64,000 bases of DNA from Thermoplasmata archaeon (GCA_035532555.1 DATKQS010000024.1:11225-75224); one strand, 5' to 3'; positions 8,543 to 18,716 are shown, numbered from the stretch's first letter. Notes: generated by a model not told the origin, from the letters alone. Numbers and translations are program-made.

Positions 8543-9862
8543 GTGAAACTTCCGGCGGTGGCGTGGAAGATTCTCCTCGCCGGGATCCTTCTTCGAGAGG
8601 CGTTCTCGTTCTGGACCGGAAACCCGTACGACCTTGAGGTCTGGATCCGTACGGGCCATGCCGCCGCGCAGGGCATCAACCCGTACGTGTCGTTCTGGCC
8701 GCCGGTTCCCTCGGTCAGCTTCGCCTTCTTGAACACCAATCTGCCGTCGGCAGCCTACCTTCCGTTCTGGCCCGCCGTCCTCGGGGAGATCTATCGGCTG
8801 TGGGAGGTAATCGGAGGCGGTAATCGCTTCGTCCTGTACTTCCTCATCAAGCAGCCGCCGATCCTGGGAGACGCCCTCACGGCGGTGCTCCTGTACGGAC
8901 TGACCCTGCGCTGGACCGGAAGGAGCGCGTCCGCGCTCGGGGCGCTCGCGTTCTGGTCGCTCTTCCCCTATGCGATCCTGATCTCGGCGATCTGGGGCCA
9001 GTTCGATTCGCTCGTGGTCGCCGCGATCCTCGCCGGTTTCTGGTACCGCAATCCGATCGAACGAAACCTCCTGTACGGCGTCGGCATCTTCGTGAAACTG
9101 ATCACGGCGATCTACCTCCCGCTCGAGTTCTTCCGGGCGCGCGGCGTGCGCCGGTTAACTTTCCTCGTGGCCCTTGCCGTCCCGGTCGCGTTGACCGTCC
9201 TTGTGCTCACCGCGGAAGGGTGGGGGTTCGGCGGGATCACGTCGACCGGACAATCCCAAAGTGCTGGGGGGGGCGGTGGAATGAACCTCGCGGGCGTGCT
9301 GACCGCGGCGCCCTTGGTGACCGTCCTCTCGACGGTCCCTCACTTGTTCACGTTGTTCTCCTACTTGTGGGTGCCCGGCGCGATCCTGGCCGGCTATGTG
9401 GCCGCTCGGTGGATCCGCCCGAACGACCCTCAGACGGAGTTGCGCGCCATGATGCTCGTCACGACTGTGTTCCTGCTGTTGCGCTGGGGCCTCTACGAAC
9501 AGTACATGATCTACATCTTTGCCCTGATGGCCCTCGACAGCGCGGCGTTCCATCCGGACCGCCGATCGTACCTCGTCTACCTCTGGTTGCTCTCGCTGGT
9601 CTTCCTGCTCATCAACAACGACCTCGGAGCCCGATTCGTCACCCCGCTCGACACCAATCTCTGGCCCACGCTCAGCAACTTCGACCAGAGTTCCGTCTAC
9701 GGGACCGTCCGATCCTGGGCGCTCGAGATCCTGGACGTGGTCGTCACGTTGAGCCTCGTCCAGTGGATCGTCGAGCTGGTACGGGACGGCGCTCGTCCCG
9801 TCCCGTGGCTTTGGCCGTGGACGAAATCCGCCGCGCTCGCCGCTCGGCCCTCCGAACCGTGA
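8543..9862 (+). CDS. GT-C fold membrane glycosyltransferase (GT87/PIG-M-like)
   Basis: 'YDLEVW', 'INPY', 'AYLP', 'SAIWGQFD' motifs; multi-TM. Confidence 0.75.
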   Translation: MKLPAVAWKILLAGILLREAFSFWTGNPYDLEVWIRTGHAAAQGINPYVSFWPPVPSVSFAFLNTNLPSAAYLPFWPAVLGEIYRLWEVIGGGNRFVLYFLIKQPPILGDALTAVLLYGLTLRWTGRSASALGALAFWSLFPYAILISAIWGQFDSLVVAAILAGFWYRNPIERNLLYGVGIFVKLITAIYLPLEFFRARGVRRLTFLVALAVPVALTVLVLTAEGWGFGGITSTGQSQSAGGGGGMNLAGVLTAAPLVTVLSTVPHLFTLFSYLWVPGAILAGYVAARWIRPNDPQTELRAMMLVTTVFLLLRWGLYEQYMIYIFALMALDSAAFHPDRRSYLVYLWLLSLVFLLINNDLGARFVTPLDTNLWPTLSNFDQSSVYGTVRSWALEILDVVVTLSLVQWIVELVRDGARPVPWLWPWTKSAALAARPSEP

Positions 9863-11040
9863 ACGGACCGGGCGTTCCCCACGCGGGGAGCGATCTCCGC
9901 ATCGTGGAACTCACCCAACGATTCCCCCCAGCCATCGGGGGAGTCGAGCGGCACGTGAAGGACCTGGCGACGAACCTCCACCGGACAGGAGCGTCGGTAG
10001 AAGTCATTACGTCGGATCTCTACCGCGACCGCCCGTTCACGCGTCTCTTCACCGCGTCGGAACCGCTCCCATTTCCGGTACGGCGGCATCGAGCGTTCCG
10101 CGGCTTTCCGGCCCCCCACGGACTCGGGATCGCTGCTCCCGGCATGGCGTGGGACGCCCTGCGCCTCACTCACGCAATCGTCCACGCCCACGCCTTCGGC
10201 TTCTTCCCTACGTGGGCCGGGCGCCTGGCCCAGCAACTCCGAGGGTTGCCACTGGTCATCACTCCGCATTTCGACGGAGGATCGGGCTCCCGACTCTACG
10301 CTCGAGCGGTGGCACGAGGGACGTTAGCCGGGGCAGACCGGGTGGTCGCGCTGACCCAGAGCGAGGCCATCTCGTTGGCGACCCTCGGAGTGGATCGCGA
10401 ACGGATTCGGGTGATTCCCAACGGGATCGGAACGGAGGATTTCCTCCCGAGGCGCGGTCCCAGGCCCGATGCCGGTCCGGTCACAATCCTCTACGTCGGC
10501 CGCATCGACCCCGAGCAGAAGGGACTCGACGATCTCCTTCGTGCAGTGGCTCTGCTGGAACGACCGGAGGCGGTATCGGTTCGACTGGTCGGGGAAGACT
10601 GGGGAGGAGCTACTGCCCTTCGATCTTTGGCAACGGGACTCGGGATCGACCACGTGATCATCTGGACGGGCGCCGTACCCCAGGACTCCCTCCGGCGCGA
10701 ATACGCCTCGGCGGACCTCTTCGTTCTCCCCTCCCACTTTGAGCCGTTCGGGATCGTGCTGTTGGAGGCGATGGCGGCGGGCCTACCGGTGCTCGCGACA
10801 CGGGTTGGAGGCATTCCGGAGGTCGTAGCGGACGGGGTCACGGGATCGCTGGTCCCATCGGGAGATCCTTCGGCCCTAGCCCACGCCCTCGACCGGCTGG
10901 CCTCCGATCCCTTGCTTCGGACCCGGCTGGGCGATTGTGGGCGCACGCGGGCACTCGATTTCAGCTGGCCGCGTTTGATCCCGAAATTTCTCGAGCTGTT
11001 CCACGAACTCGTCCGTGACGCATCTGGGTCCAGGCTCTGA
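9859..11040 (+). CDS. GT4 glycosyltransferase
   Basis: 'PPAIGGVERHV', 'IPNG', 'VGRI..EQKG', 'EPFGIVLLEAMAAG'; GTGA overlap. Confidence 0.9.
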   Translation: MNGPGVPHAGSDLRIVELTQRFPPAIGGVERHVKDLATNLHRTGASVEVITSDLYRDRPFTRLFTASEPLPFPVRRHRAFRGFPAPHGLGIAAPGMAWDALRLTHAIVHAHAFGFFPTWAGRLAQQLRGLPLVITPHFDGGSGSRLYARAVARGTLAGADRVVALTQSEAISLATLGVDRERIRVIPNGIGTEDFLPRRGPRPDAGPVTILYVGRIDPEQKGLDDLLRAVALLERPEAVSVRLVGEDWGGATALRSLATGLGIDHVIIWTGAVPQDSLRREYASADLFVLPSHFEPFGIVLLEAMAAGLPVLATRVGGIPEVVADGVTGSLVPSGDPSALAHALDRLASDPLLRTRLGDCGRTRALDFSWPRLIPKFLELFHELVRDASGSRL

Positions 11041-11518
11041 TGGACGTGAATGACACGCTCAGCGTCGCCCGCCTCATAGGCGATGCGGGGTGGCCCCACA
11101 GTGAGATGACCACCACGCCCTGCGAATCGAAACGCAGCCCGGGTTGCGGGGATATCCCCCGGCGGGGTTTCGGAGCCTGCGTTCTTCAAAACAAAGCCGG
11201 GGTGTGGGGAAGAGCTCGGATAACGGATTACCGGCTCGCCGTGGCGACGCCGCGCTCCGCGCTCCCCGAAGGGGGCGTAGTGCGACTTTGTGAGTCACTC
11301 GGGCGCGGTGTTTGACGGCCGCACGGCAAAACGACAATCGTACCGGCGCGGGGTGCCCGCCGAAGCCATCGACCTGCTCCTGGTCCATCGCGCTGCCAAG
11401 TCGCTCGGAGAGACATGGGATCGGAGTGCTGCGAGGCAGGGTCTCCATGTTGATGGCCTGCGCATGAGGGGAGCGCGAAGGCGCGCCACGAAAGCGGGAT
11501 GGCGGCAGTGCGGTAGGC

Positions 11519-11746
11519 CTATGCGCCGTTTGGATAGAGCGTGGAAATCAGTTCGAGGACTTGGGGCGTGCTGTATCCCGCGCGAGCCACGACTCGATCC
11601 TGGGTTCGGACTCGCTTAATCCCGAAGAACGTTCGGCTCACGAAAAGGAGGTAGGAATACCGCTTCATCGTGAAGCCGACGATTGCGCCCCCCGGTTCCA
11701 TCAAAATCTTGATAGTGTGATGTTCCGCAATCCAGCGCCGCACCAT
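11519..11746 (-). CDS. Possible small hypothetical protein
   Basis: 75-aa ORF with protein-like composition in an AT-richer patch; no family recognised. Confidence 0.3.
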   Translation of the reverse strand: MVRRWIAEHHTIKILMEPGGAIVGFTMKRYSYLLFVSRTFFGIKRVRTQDRVVARAGYSTPQVLELISTLYPNGA

Positions 11747-11905
11747 AGGCCCGGAAGCGATACAGACATTCTGACATATAGCAGATCGGCGGACAGAACT
11801 GCATCCACCCGACGACCGCCGAGCGGAGGGGGGCGTCTGCCCGGTGACCGCCGATCCGTCCCGCGGTCCCTTTCCAGGCGCGTCGGTGGCCCTACGCCCG
11901 ACCGA

Positions 11906-13138
11906 TCACGGGCCTGCGCTCGCCGCATGCGTATCGTGGCGAGAGAGGACCATCAGGAAAGAGTCCCCGAGAGATCGAAACGGCCCCCAGCGACCAATCC
12001 GCTCGTCCCAATGCGCAAGGAGGTCGAAGCGTCGCGAGAACCGTTCGACCCACTTCGCTCGGTTCGGCGGCGGGAGGAGGACTGTAACTCCTTCCAGCCA
12101 TTCCATTGAGAACTCCTCCTCGAAGCTCCGGCGAAACTCGTCGGGAGAATAGGCGTACGCGTCCACGCGGAAGCGGGAGAACCCAGCCCGGACGTGTCCT
12201 CGTACACGGCCCTGCACCTGACGGAATCGCCCCGAGAGACCGTACGCCATGATGTCGAACAGGCACCAGCGATTGTAGACCCCCGCTACGAATCGAGCCG
12301 GCGGGCGGAGCAGGGTCCCTAACGCGGCGGACACCGCCCGCAGGTCGGCCTCGCAGTTGAGCGCTCCGTAGGTCGAGTATCCCCCTTCGAACGCTCTGGG
12401 TCCATACTCCGCTTCCAATGTCGATAGCACGGACGCGCCAAGTCGCCGGGTCCGCAACCGCTCCCCGACCCCGGCAGCGCGCGCCTTGGACCGGACGATC
12501 TCCAACATGCGTTCTGAGATGTCCACACAGAGAATCTCATGGCCTGCCTCGAGCAGGGGAAGGGTCTCCAGGCCCGTGCCACAACCGATCTCTAGTAGAT
12601 GGTAGGAGGAGCGAAAGCACTCCTCGAGGAGGCGCGACGAGCGCTCGCGGAGCAAACAGCTGATCCGGTTGGTGGCGATCTGTTCGTCATATTCCGGCGC
12701 GATGCTATCGAACTCCGCGGTCAGCCAGCGGAGGTACGAGACTCCGTCGGGGGTCGGCCGGACTTCGGGAGATCCCAACTCGATGCGTAGGACGCGATCG
12801 GACCGTTCGAACCAGCGGGCAGAAGCCGCGTCCCCGTACTTTAATCGGAACAGCCCCAACACGCGAGCCCTCTCCTCCGGAGCGGAGAGGAGGTAGGGGG
12901 CTCCCTCTAACGTCCCTGCCGAAACATGGACGCGAGCCATTCCACGTCGCAGAACCTCGACCGGCCACACCGCTGAAGGATCCGAAGCGACGAGAAATAT
13001 CGTGGTCGATTCTCGAACGAACCGCAACGGGACCCGCCCGGAGGCAAGGAGGAGCTGGAGGAGATCCGGCTCCCCCGGCTCAGAGGTCACAAATCGCTCA
13101 TGCACAGAGGTCGCTCCGATTTCCCGAGGATCCGGCAC
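11906..13138 (-). CDS. Class I SAM methyltransferase with an N-terminal DDN/nitroreductase-like split-barrel domain
   Basis: 'LLEIGCGTG', 'VDISERML'; N-terminal 'EERARVLGLFRLKYG'. Confidence 0.8.
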   Translation of the reverse strand: MPDPREIGATSVHERFVTSEPGEPDLLQLLLASGRVPLRFVRESTTIFLVASDPSAVWPVEVLRRGMARVHVSAGTLEGAPYLLSAPEERARVLGLFRLKYGDAASARWFERSDRVLRIELGSPEVRPTPDGVSYLRWLTAEFDSIAPEYDEQIATNRISCLLRERSSRLLEECFRSSYHLLEIGCGTGLETLPLLEAGHEILCVDISERMLEIVRSKARAAGVGERLRTRRLGASVLSTLEAEYGPRAFEGGYSTYGALNCEADLRAVSAALGTLLRPPARFVAGVYNRWCLFDIMAYGLSGRFRQVQGRVRGHVRAGFSRFRVDAYAYSPDEFRRSFEEEFSMEWLEGVTVLLPPPNRAKWVERFSRRFDLLAHWDERIGRWGPFRSLGDSFLMVLSRHDTHAASAGP

Positions 13139-13472
13139 GACCGCATGTAGGTACGAAGGGTTGAGGTCATGGTGGAAGGATAGGCGTTCGTCTGTGCCGT
13201 GGATGTCTAAGCGGGTATATCACCGCCTCCGCCACGGCAGACGCGCTCGCGAGCAGGGCCCGCGGTCTCGCGCTAGAACGATTCGGGACACCACCTGTCG
13301 ATAGCGACGGATCCAATCTGGTGTCGCGGTTTTCTGGCTCGCGCCGCCATTGAAATCGAGGCGACCGAAGAGGACTCACATCGGAGGTCTGTTTCCCTAC
13401 TTCTCGCAGGATTCTACAAGGACGAGCGCAGACCCTTGCGACCGGGCTAGCGAGGGCCGGCGGGTGGGGCAC

Positions 13473-14411
13473 TCACACTCCCTTCCCATCGGGTGGGCTT
13501 GTGGAGGACGGCCGTAGACCTTCATGATATCCTTGGATGAGCGCGATGAAAAGAGCCATGGGTCGGCCATCTGGGCGCACGATCGCGGCCAGCATCTTGG
13601 GGACCAAGAACCCGAGGGCGTGGTAGCTCGCGCGTACCACGAAGAGCGGACGAGTACCGTTCCACCGTCGGTGGAATCGGAGCCAGTCCATCACCTCCAA
13701 GCGCGCGCGTGCGGGGTCACCCACCGTGTGCTCGGCCCAGTATCCCGGAATTCCGGGCGGCTCCACATCGTGCTCCGTGAGGATACCCGTATTCGCGCAG
13801 ACGTACCAGCCGGCCTTCTTCAGGCGCTGGCAAAAGTCCGCTGAGCTGTTCACCGGCAAGCATTCGTCGAATCCGCCGACCTCGCGGAAGGCATCCCAGC
13901 GGACCATAGATAGGTTCGGGAGGGCGTCAGTATCGAGGAGCTTCCCTTCGAGGTCCGGGCGCCGCGGGCGGTTTCGACCGACCAAGGAGAATCCCCACCG
14001 ATCCGTGCGGAATGGGGTCGCGTACACCCAGATGAGCGCGGGACGGCGATGATAGAGGACCGCCGGCATCACCGCGCCACACCGCGGATCTCGATCGAGC
14101 GTGCCAGCGAGTTCTGCGAGAAGCTGAGGTGGGAGGCGATTGTCATCATCGATGAAGACCACGTAGGGGGTCCCGGTCCGGGCAGCTCCCAGGTTCTTCG
14201 CGCGTGAGATGAAGAGCCTACGCTCGGAGCGGATCACAATCAGTGGCAAATCGGGAAACGCTCGATCCCAGGGAACAGGCGGATCGGAGTCGTCCACCAC
14301 CACGACCCGGATCGGGGCTCGACTTTGGACTCGCAAGTCCTGGAGCAGGTTTGTCAACCGCCTGGGACGATCTCGCGTGACGATGACCACGCTGAGGGGT
14401 ACTGCCTCCAT
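13473..14411 (-). CDS. GT2 glycosyltransferase
   Basis: 'LSVVIVTRDR', 'VVVVDDS', 'FIDDD', 'VGGFDE'. Confidence 0.9.
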   Translation of the reverse strand: MEAVPLSVVIVTRDRPRRLTNLLQDLRVQSRAPIRVVVVDDSDPPVPWDRAFPDLPLIVIRSERRLFISRAKNLGAARTGTPYVVFIDDDNRLPPQLLAELAGTLDRDPRCGAVMPAVLYHRRPALIWVYATPFRTDRWGFSLVGRNRPRRPDLEGKLLDTDALPNLSMVRWDAFREVGGFDECLPVNSSADFCQRLKKAGWYVCANTGILTEHDVEPPGIPGYWAEHTVGDPARARLEVMDWLRFHRRWNGTRPLFVVRASYHALGFLVPKMLAAIVRPDGRPMALFIALIQGYHEGLRPSSTSPPDGKGV

Positions 14412-14557
14412 TCCGTGACTCTACCGCATTCCACTTCATCGGGACTTCTATCGGTATCGGCCTCCGGGACATTCTCCTCGAGGAGGGAGGGAGGCGCCCG
14501 CATCAATCGGACGGAGATCTGCGAGCCCGCGACTCCGAATCAACAGGAAGGTTCTCT

Positions 14558-15511
14558 CTACCCGGTCCCCCCGCCGCGGGGAAACATCTCGCGGAGGAGG
14601 CCGGGAACACCTGCTCGATAGCTGGAGTACTGCGTCCTCCAGCCCAGCTCCCTGAGCTTAGCGTTTGAGGTGGGCCGGTCGGCAGCGAGATGTCGCGCGA
14701 CCGTCTCTCCCATCTCACGCACCGCCTCCTCAAGGGCGAGGTTTCGCGGGGGTGGTGCGCCGAGTTCGGCGGCAACAAAATCGGCAAACTCGCGAAGGGG
14801 GGCCGGATGCCCATCCACGACGTTGTACACCTCACCGGCCGACCCCGATTCGAGAACGGTGCGGAACGCTGACCCGGTATCCCACCGGTCGATGAATGAC
14901 CAGCGGTTCGCCCCTTCGCCGACGACCCTGTAATCTCCGACCCGGATCGATTCTGCCATGTAGCGGAACCACGACCCGTTCCCATAGACCATCCCCGGAC
15001 GCACGGCCAGCACCTCCAAACCATCCTGCGTGTTCGCTTCCAAACCGGCCCGCTCCGCGTCGTAGTTGATCTGCGACTCGCCCCGAGGATCGACGGGTGA
15101 GTCCTCACCGATTGGCCCTGGCTGACCGCTGTACACCCAATATCCTGAGCCGATCACGAGACGAGATACCCCTTCCCGTAGAGCTACCTCCACGAGATTC
15201 CGGGCACCCTCAACGCGTACTCTTGTCGGGTCCTCTCCCACCGGAGGGTTCGCTGCCACATGGATAACCCCCGAGCAGCCCGACACGGCCATTAGAAGGG
15301 AGGGAACGTCCAGAATGTCCCCCAGCACCGGGGTTCCTCCATCCTCTGTGACGCGAGCCCCCTTGAGTGGGTCGCGGACGAGGCCTCGCACCTCGTGGCC
15401 GGCCCTCGATAAGGCTCGAACGACCGACCGACCCAGGAAACCGCTGGCACCGACCACGAGAACCCTGTCCACCTTGCCGACCCTGACAGGCGAAGCGACC
15501 GTCGTCGGCAT
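14558..15511 (-). CDS. NAD-dependent epimerase/dehydratase family protein
   Basis: 'VLVVGASGFLG', 'RPGMVYG', 'YNVVD'. Confidence 0.85.
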   Translation of the reverse strand: MPTTVASPVRVGKVDRVLVVGASGFLGRSVVRALSRAGHEVRGLVRDPLKGARVTEDGGTPVLGDILDVPSLLMAVSGCSGVIHVAANPPVGEDPTRVRVEGARNLVEVALREGVSRLVIGSGYWVYSGQPGPIGEDSPVDPRGESQINYDAERAGLEANTQDGLEVLAVRPGMVYGNGSWFRYMAESIRVGDYRVVGEGANRWSFIDRWDTGSAFRTVLESGSAGEVYNVVDGHPAPLREFADFVAAELGAPPPRNLALEEAVREMGETVARHLAADRPTSNAKLRELGWRTQYSSYRAGVPGLLREMFPRGGGTG

Positions 15512-15681
15512 AGGAACCTCCGTGGTGTTCGACGACGTTCATGCCGACGGCCCGGTTAACCATTCCGCCCTTTGCACCCGGACTTACGGGACGCCGCGGC
15601 CCGGGCTCGAGGGACGAGGATCCTCCCCATAGGGAGAGTCGCAACTCCTCCTCAACCAGCGGTGGCCAAGGACATGCAGCG

Positions 15682-15711
15682 TCAGGAAAGTGCTTCGTAG
15701 TAGTACTCGCC
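15682..15711 (-). repeat. att-like direct repeat of the ABCE1 3' end, middle copy
   Basis: tcaggaaagtgcttcgtagtagtactcgcc, 29/30 identical to 29221-29250. Confidence 0.95.
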
Positions 15712-15906
15712 GACTGACGAGAGCCCGGCCCTTTTCGTCGCTGATCCGGCCCGACTATTCCGACCGCGACATCGCCAACTCTCTGATCGAGACGTGCCGA
15801 CGTAGTCGCTCCGGTCCTCCACCGAAGGCGACGAACCACTTCCCCGGGGCGACGGGAGAACCGTCCCCCGGGATCAACCCTGCCGGCCGGAATCGGCTCC
15901 GCGAGT
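15712..15906. repeat. Right-arm repeat, copy 2
   Basis: About 84% identical, ungapped, to 2340-2534. Confidence 0.9.
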
Positions 15907-16003
15907 GAGAGCCGTGCCGGGGCCAGTGGCTTACTTTGGAGTGGATTACCGTCAGGCGATCCTAGCCCCGGTCATCCTTGGAAGATGCCCGTGCTGGGAT
16001 GCC

Positions 16004-16177
16004 TTAGGCTCGGCTAACGAACATCGACGCGACGACCCCGAGCCCGGCCAAGTAGCTGACCATCTCGGAATCGGTCGGCCCAAACTTTGCCTGCTGAATC
16101 CTCCTGTCCTTCGAGCCGAGAGCAACCGCGACTACGGTCTTCTTGTGGACGGCCCGCTCTACGCAGATGCCTCCCAT
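16004..16177 (-). pseudogene. IS110-family transposase N-terminal remnant
   Basis: Translates as MGGICVERAVHKKTVVAVALGSKDRRIQQAKFGPTDSEMVSYLAGL, resembling the IS110 start 'YVGLDVHK..'; the catalytic Asp is lost and the ORF is truncated. Confidence 0.55.
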
Positions 16178-16327
16178 TGAGGAGCACCTCAGACTCGGAT
16201 ACAGGAGGGCGGCATGACCCTCCGCGCCGTCAGAGAGAAGATGGCATGTCCTCAGTTCGCGGTGAGATTACGAACCGGTCCATGGAGCGGGAGAGCCTCG
16301 GCCGGCCGGTGCCGCCTTACCGGAACT

Positions 16328-16341
16328 CCGAAACGTTTCGG
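16328..16341. promoter_or_regulatory. CCGAA-N4-TTCGG palindrome (perfect) upstream of the DUF2249 gene
   Basis: ccgaaacgtttcgg; the motif recurs upstream of several cassette A genes. Confidence 0.7.
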
Positions 16342-16393
16342 CACGTCCTTTAGTTCGAAGCCGCGTCTCCATGCCTTCAGGGACGGGGAAGAC

Positions 16394-16717
16394 ATGTCCG
16401 GGGTCGAGCGCAGCAGTGTCGTTGCCGGTCTCAAAGGGGAACCAGCCGAAGGCGGCCAGCGCGTGCTGGACATCCGGGGGGTAAGCCCCGCCGAGCGCCA
16501 TCCTCGCATCTTCGGAACATTCACCAATCTCGAGTTCGGGGAATCCTTCGTGCTAGTGAATGACCACGACCCGAAGCCGCTCTTCTACCAGCTCCAGGCC
16601 GAATACACTGGCCAGTTTTCCTGGGAGTACCTCGAACAGGGACCGAAAACCTGGCGTGTGCGAATCGGCAAGCAGGGGTCCGCAGTGGACCGGACACCTC
16701 TCCACACTATCCCCTGA
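16394..16717 (+). CDS. DUF2249 domain protein
   Basis: 'LDIR...PAERHPRIF..F..L..GESFVLVNDHDPKPL.YQ...E....F.WEYLEQGP..WRV.I'. Confidence 0.9.
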   Translation: MSGVERSSVVAGLKGEPAEGGQRVLDIRGVSPAERHPRIFGTFTNLEFGESFVLVNDHDPKPLFYQLQAEYTGQFSWEYLEQGPKTWRVRIGKQGSAVDRTPLHTIP

Positions 16718-16762
16718 CGGCCGGCGGGGCCGCGGTCGGTAGGATCTTCCCTCGGACGGTGC

Positions 16763-17890
16763 GTGGGACCTCCCGTGGTAACGCGCTCTCGGGTCCGATT
16801 CCTAGGCATCGCCCTGACACTCCTCGCGTTGGCGCTGGGCCTCTGGGCGGCGCTGTGGCTAATCGGGTGGCCGATCCCGCTCCTCAGTACTTCGCTCCCG
16901 GACGCCCACGGCGTTCTGATGGTGAACGGAGTCCTTGCGAGCCTTATCGGCATTGAGCGGGCCGTAGCGCTTGAACAGCGAGTTTTCTATCTCGCCCCAT
17001 TGCTCACCGCCGTCGGTGCGATTTCGCTCGCTCTGAGTGGGGACGCCGCCCTCGCCTTTCCGGTCATCACCAGCGGTGCGGTGGCCCTTCTGCTGATTTT
17101 CCTAGTGATCCTTCGACGCCAGCCCGCGTTGCACACCGTTGTCCAGGTCCTGGGCGCCGCCTGCCTTGTCGGAGGCAACGTCCTGGGCTGGAGCGGGCTC
17201 GACATCCCGTTCCTGATCCCGTGGTGGGGTACCTTCCTGGTCCTCCTGCTTGGGGCCGAGAGGCTGGAACTGAGCCGGGTTCTCCGCCTGAACATGCTCG
17301 ACAAACTCACGTTCGCAATCTCGGTCGCGCTCGCTCTCCTCGGATGTGTCCTCTCCGCCCTCTTTTTCGCGTCCGGGTTTCTGGTGGTAGCCTCAGGATG
17401 GATCCTCGTCGCGGTCTGGCTGTTGTTCCACGACATCGCGTACCAGAACCTTTCGCGACCCGGCCTTCCCCGATTCACGGCGTTCTGTTTGCTCAGCGGC
17501 TATGCGTGGCTCCTTGTGGGCGGAGGGATCGTGTACTCCGAGGGCGGAATCCTTCTCGGATTCTCCTACGATGCGGGCCTCCATGCGGTCTTCCTGGGCT
17601 TCGTCCTCTCGCTGGTGTTTGCCCATTCTCTGATCATTCTGCCCGCGGTTCTGGGCAAGAGGCTCCCATTCCATCGAGTCCTCTACCTTCCGGTCGCACT
17701 CCTGTACACCTCCCTGGCCGCTCGAATCTATGCAGACTTCGGCAGCCTTCCGGTCCTGCGCGAATGGGCCGGCCTGTTCAACGTCGTCGCAATCGTTCTC
17801 TTCGGAGCACTCCTTCCCGCGCTCTACCTCTATGAACGCATTCCGTTCCGACGGGCCTACGGCGTGGATGCTTCGACGTTCTACCCTTGA
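16763..17890 (+). CDS. Multi-TM membrane protein, NnrS-like family associated with DUF2249
   Basis: 'HGVLMVNG...LIGIERAVAL', 'GAERLELSR', 'YDAGLHAVFLGFV'. Confidence 0.65.
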   Translation: MGPPVVTRSRVRFLGIALTLLALALGLWAALWLIGWPIPLLSTSLPDAHGVLMVNGVLASLIGIERAVALEQRVFYLAPLLTAVGAISLALSGDAALAFPVITSGAVALLLIFLVILRRQPALHTVVQVLGAACLVGGNVLGWSGLDIPFLIPWWGTFLVLLLGAERLELSRVLRLNMLDKLTFAISVALALLGCVLSALFFASGFLVVASGWILVAVWLLFHDIAYQNLSRPGLPRFTAFCLLSGYAWLLVGGGIVYSEGGILLGFSYDAGLHAVFLGFVLSLVFAHSLIILPAVLGKRLPFHRVLYLPVALLYTSLAARIYADFGSLPVLREWAGLFNVVAIVLFGALLPALYLYERIPFRRAYGVDASTFYP

Positions 17891-17970
17891 GGTGTCTCTC
17901 AGCAGAGGTGGAGTTCCTCCGTGAACTCGTCGCCATCGTACCGGCCCACACGGACTTGAAATCGGGGCCC

Positions 17971-18669
17971 TTACGCGTAGCCGAACTGGCGCTTTGCCGC
18001 CGGACTCATCTTCTCCGGCCCCCAAGGGGGATCCCATACGACGGTGACGACGGCCTCGCGAATGCCCGGGATCCTCTCGGCGACGGCCTTGACCTCGTCC
18101 TGGAGCATGCCGGCGACCGGGCAGCCTGGACTAGTCATGGTCATCCGAACGCCCACTTTTCCATCTTCTGGCCACTCGATGTCATAGATTAGGCCCAGGT
18201 CCAAGATGTTGACCGGGATCTCGGGATCATAGACCCGCCGGAGGGCCTCCCGGAGCTGGCGTTCCCGCTCGTTCTCGGTGCGATGGACCCCTGCCGAGTC
18301 GACGGCTGCGGGGGTCGAACCCGGCCCTTCCACCGTTCGGTCCGATGTAGAGGATACCGGCGGATGGGTGCTGAAGTGGGGGCCTACGATCGAGAAACTT
18401 TGCTGGGGGGACCCCTCATGGAAATCCACGGTCGCACCGTCGAGATAGACCCGACTGGCCGTGTCCACGACCAGCCGCGCCGCGCCGAAGTCGAGGGTCT
18501 CATCTCCCGACCGGGGCCTCGATAGGTACATCTGTACTGTCGGGTGCATGCCGGGGAGTATCCCAAGCCGCACGATCGCGGGAGGCGGACTCCGGGCGAT
18601 GGCCGCAGCAATCGCATCCCGGGCCGCAGTCGTGACCTCGAAGCGGAAGGCAAGTTCCTTTTTGGCCAT
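17971..18669 (-). CDS. HesB/IscA-like domain fused to a DUF59 (SufT/MIP18) Fe-S assembly domain
   Basis: 'LVVD..S..YLDGATVDF' plus 'VYDPEIPVNILDLGLIY...MTMTSPGCP...VWDPPW'. Confidence 0.85.
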   Translation of the reverse strand: MAKKELAFRFEVTTAARDAIAAAIARSPPPAIVRLGILPGMHPTVQMYLSRPRSGDETLDFGAARLVVDTASRVYLDGATVDFHEGSPQQSFSIVGPHFSTHPPVSSTSDRTVEGPGSTPAAVDSAGVHRTENERERQLREALRRVYDPEIPVNILDLGLIYDIEWPEDGKVGVRMTMTSPGCPVAGMLQDEVKAVAERIPGIREAVVTVVWDPPWGPEKMSPAAKRQFGYA

Positions 18670-18716
18670 GTTCCCTCGCCGACAGGGATATCCCGGGCTT
18701 GGATTACAAGCCCTCG

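Larger units (their letters stand above)
2310..15711. mobile_element. Cassette B: integrase-less island carrying glycosylation and surface genes
   Basis: Bounded by core repeats at 2310 and 15682; no recombinase ORF recognised inside. Confidence 0.7.

Noticed and set aside
11125..11190. GC-rich hairpins, including ggggatatcccc, as a structured ncRNA or element end
   Set aside because: Such stems are common at this GC content; no second copy or recognisable family
11951..11961. catcaggaaag match to the core junction
   Set aside because: 11 bp inside a CDS with no extension
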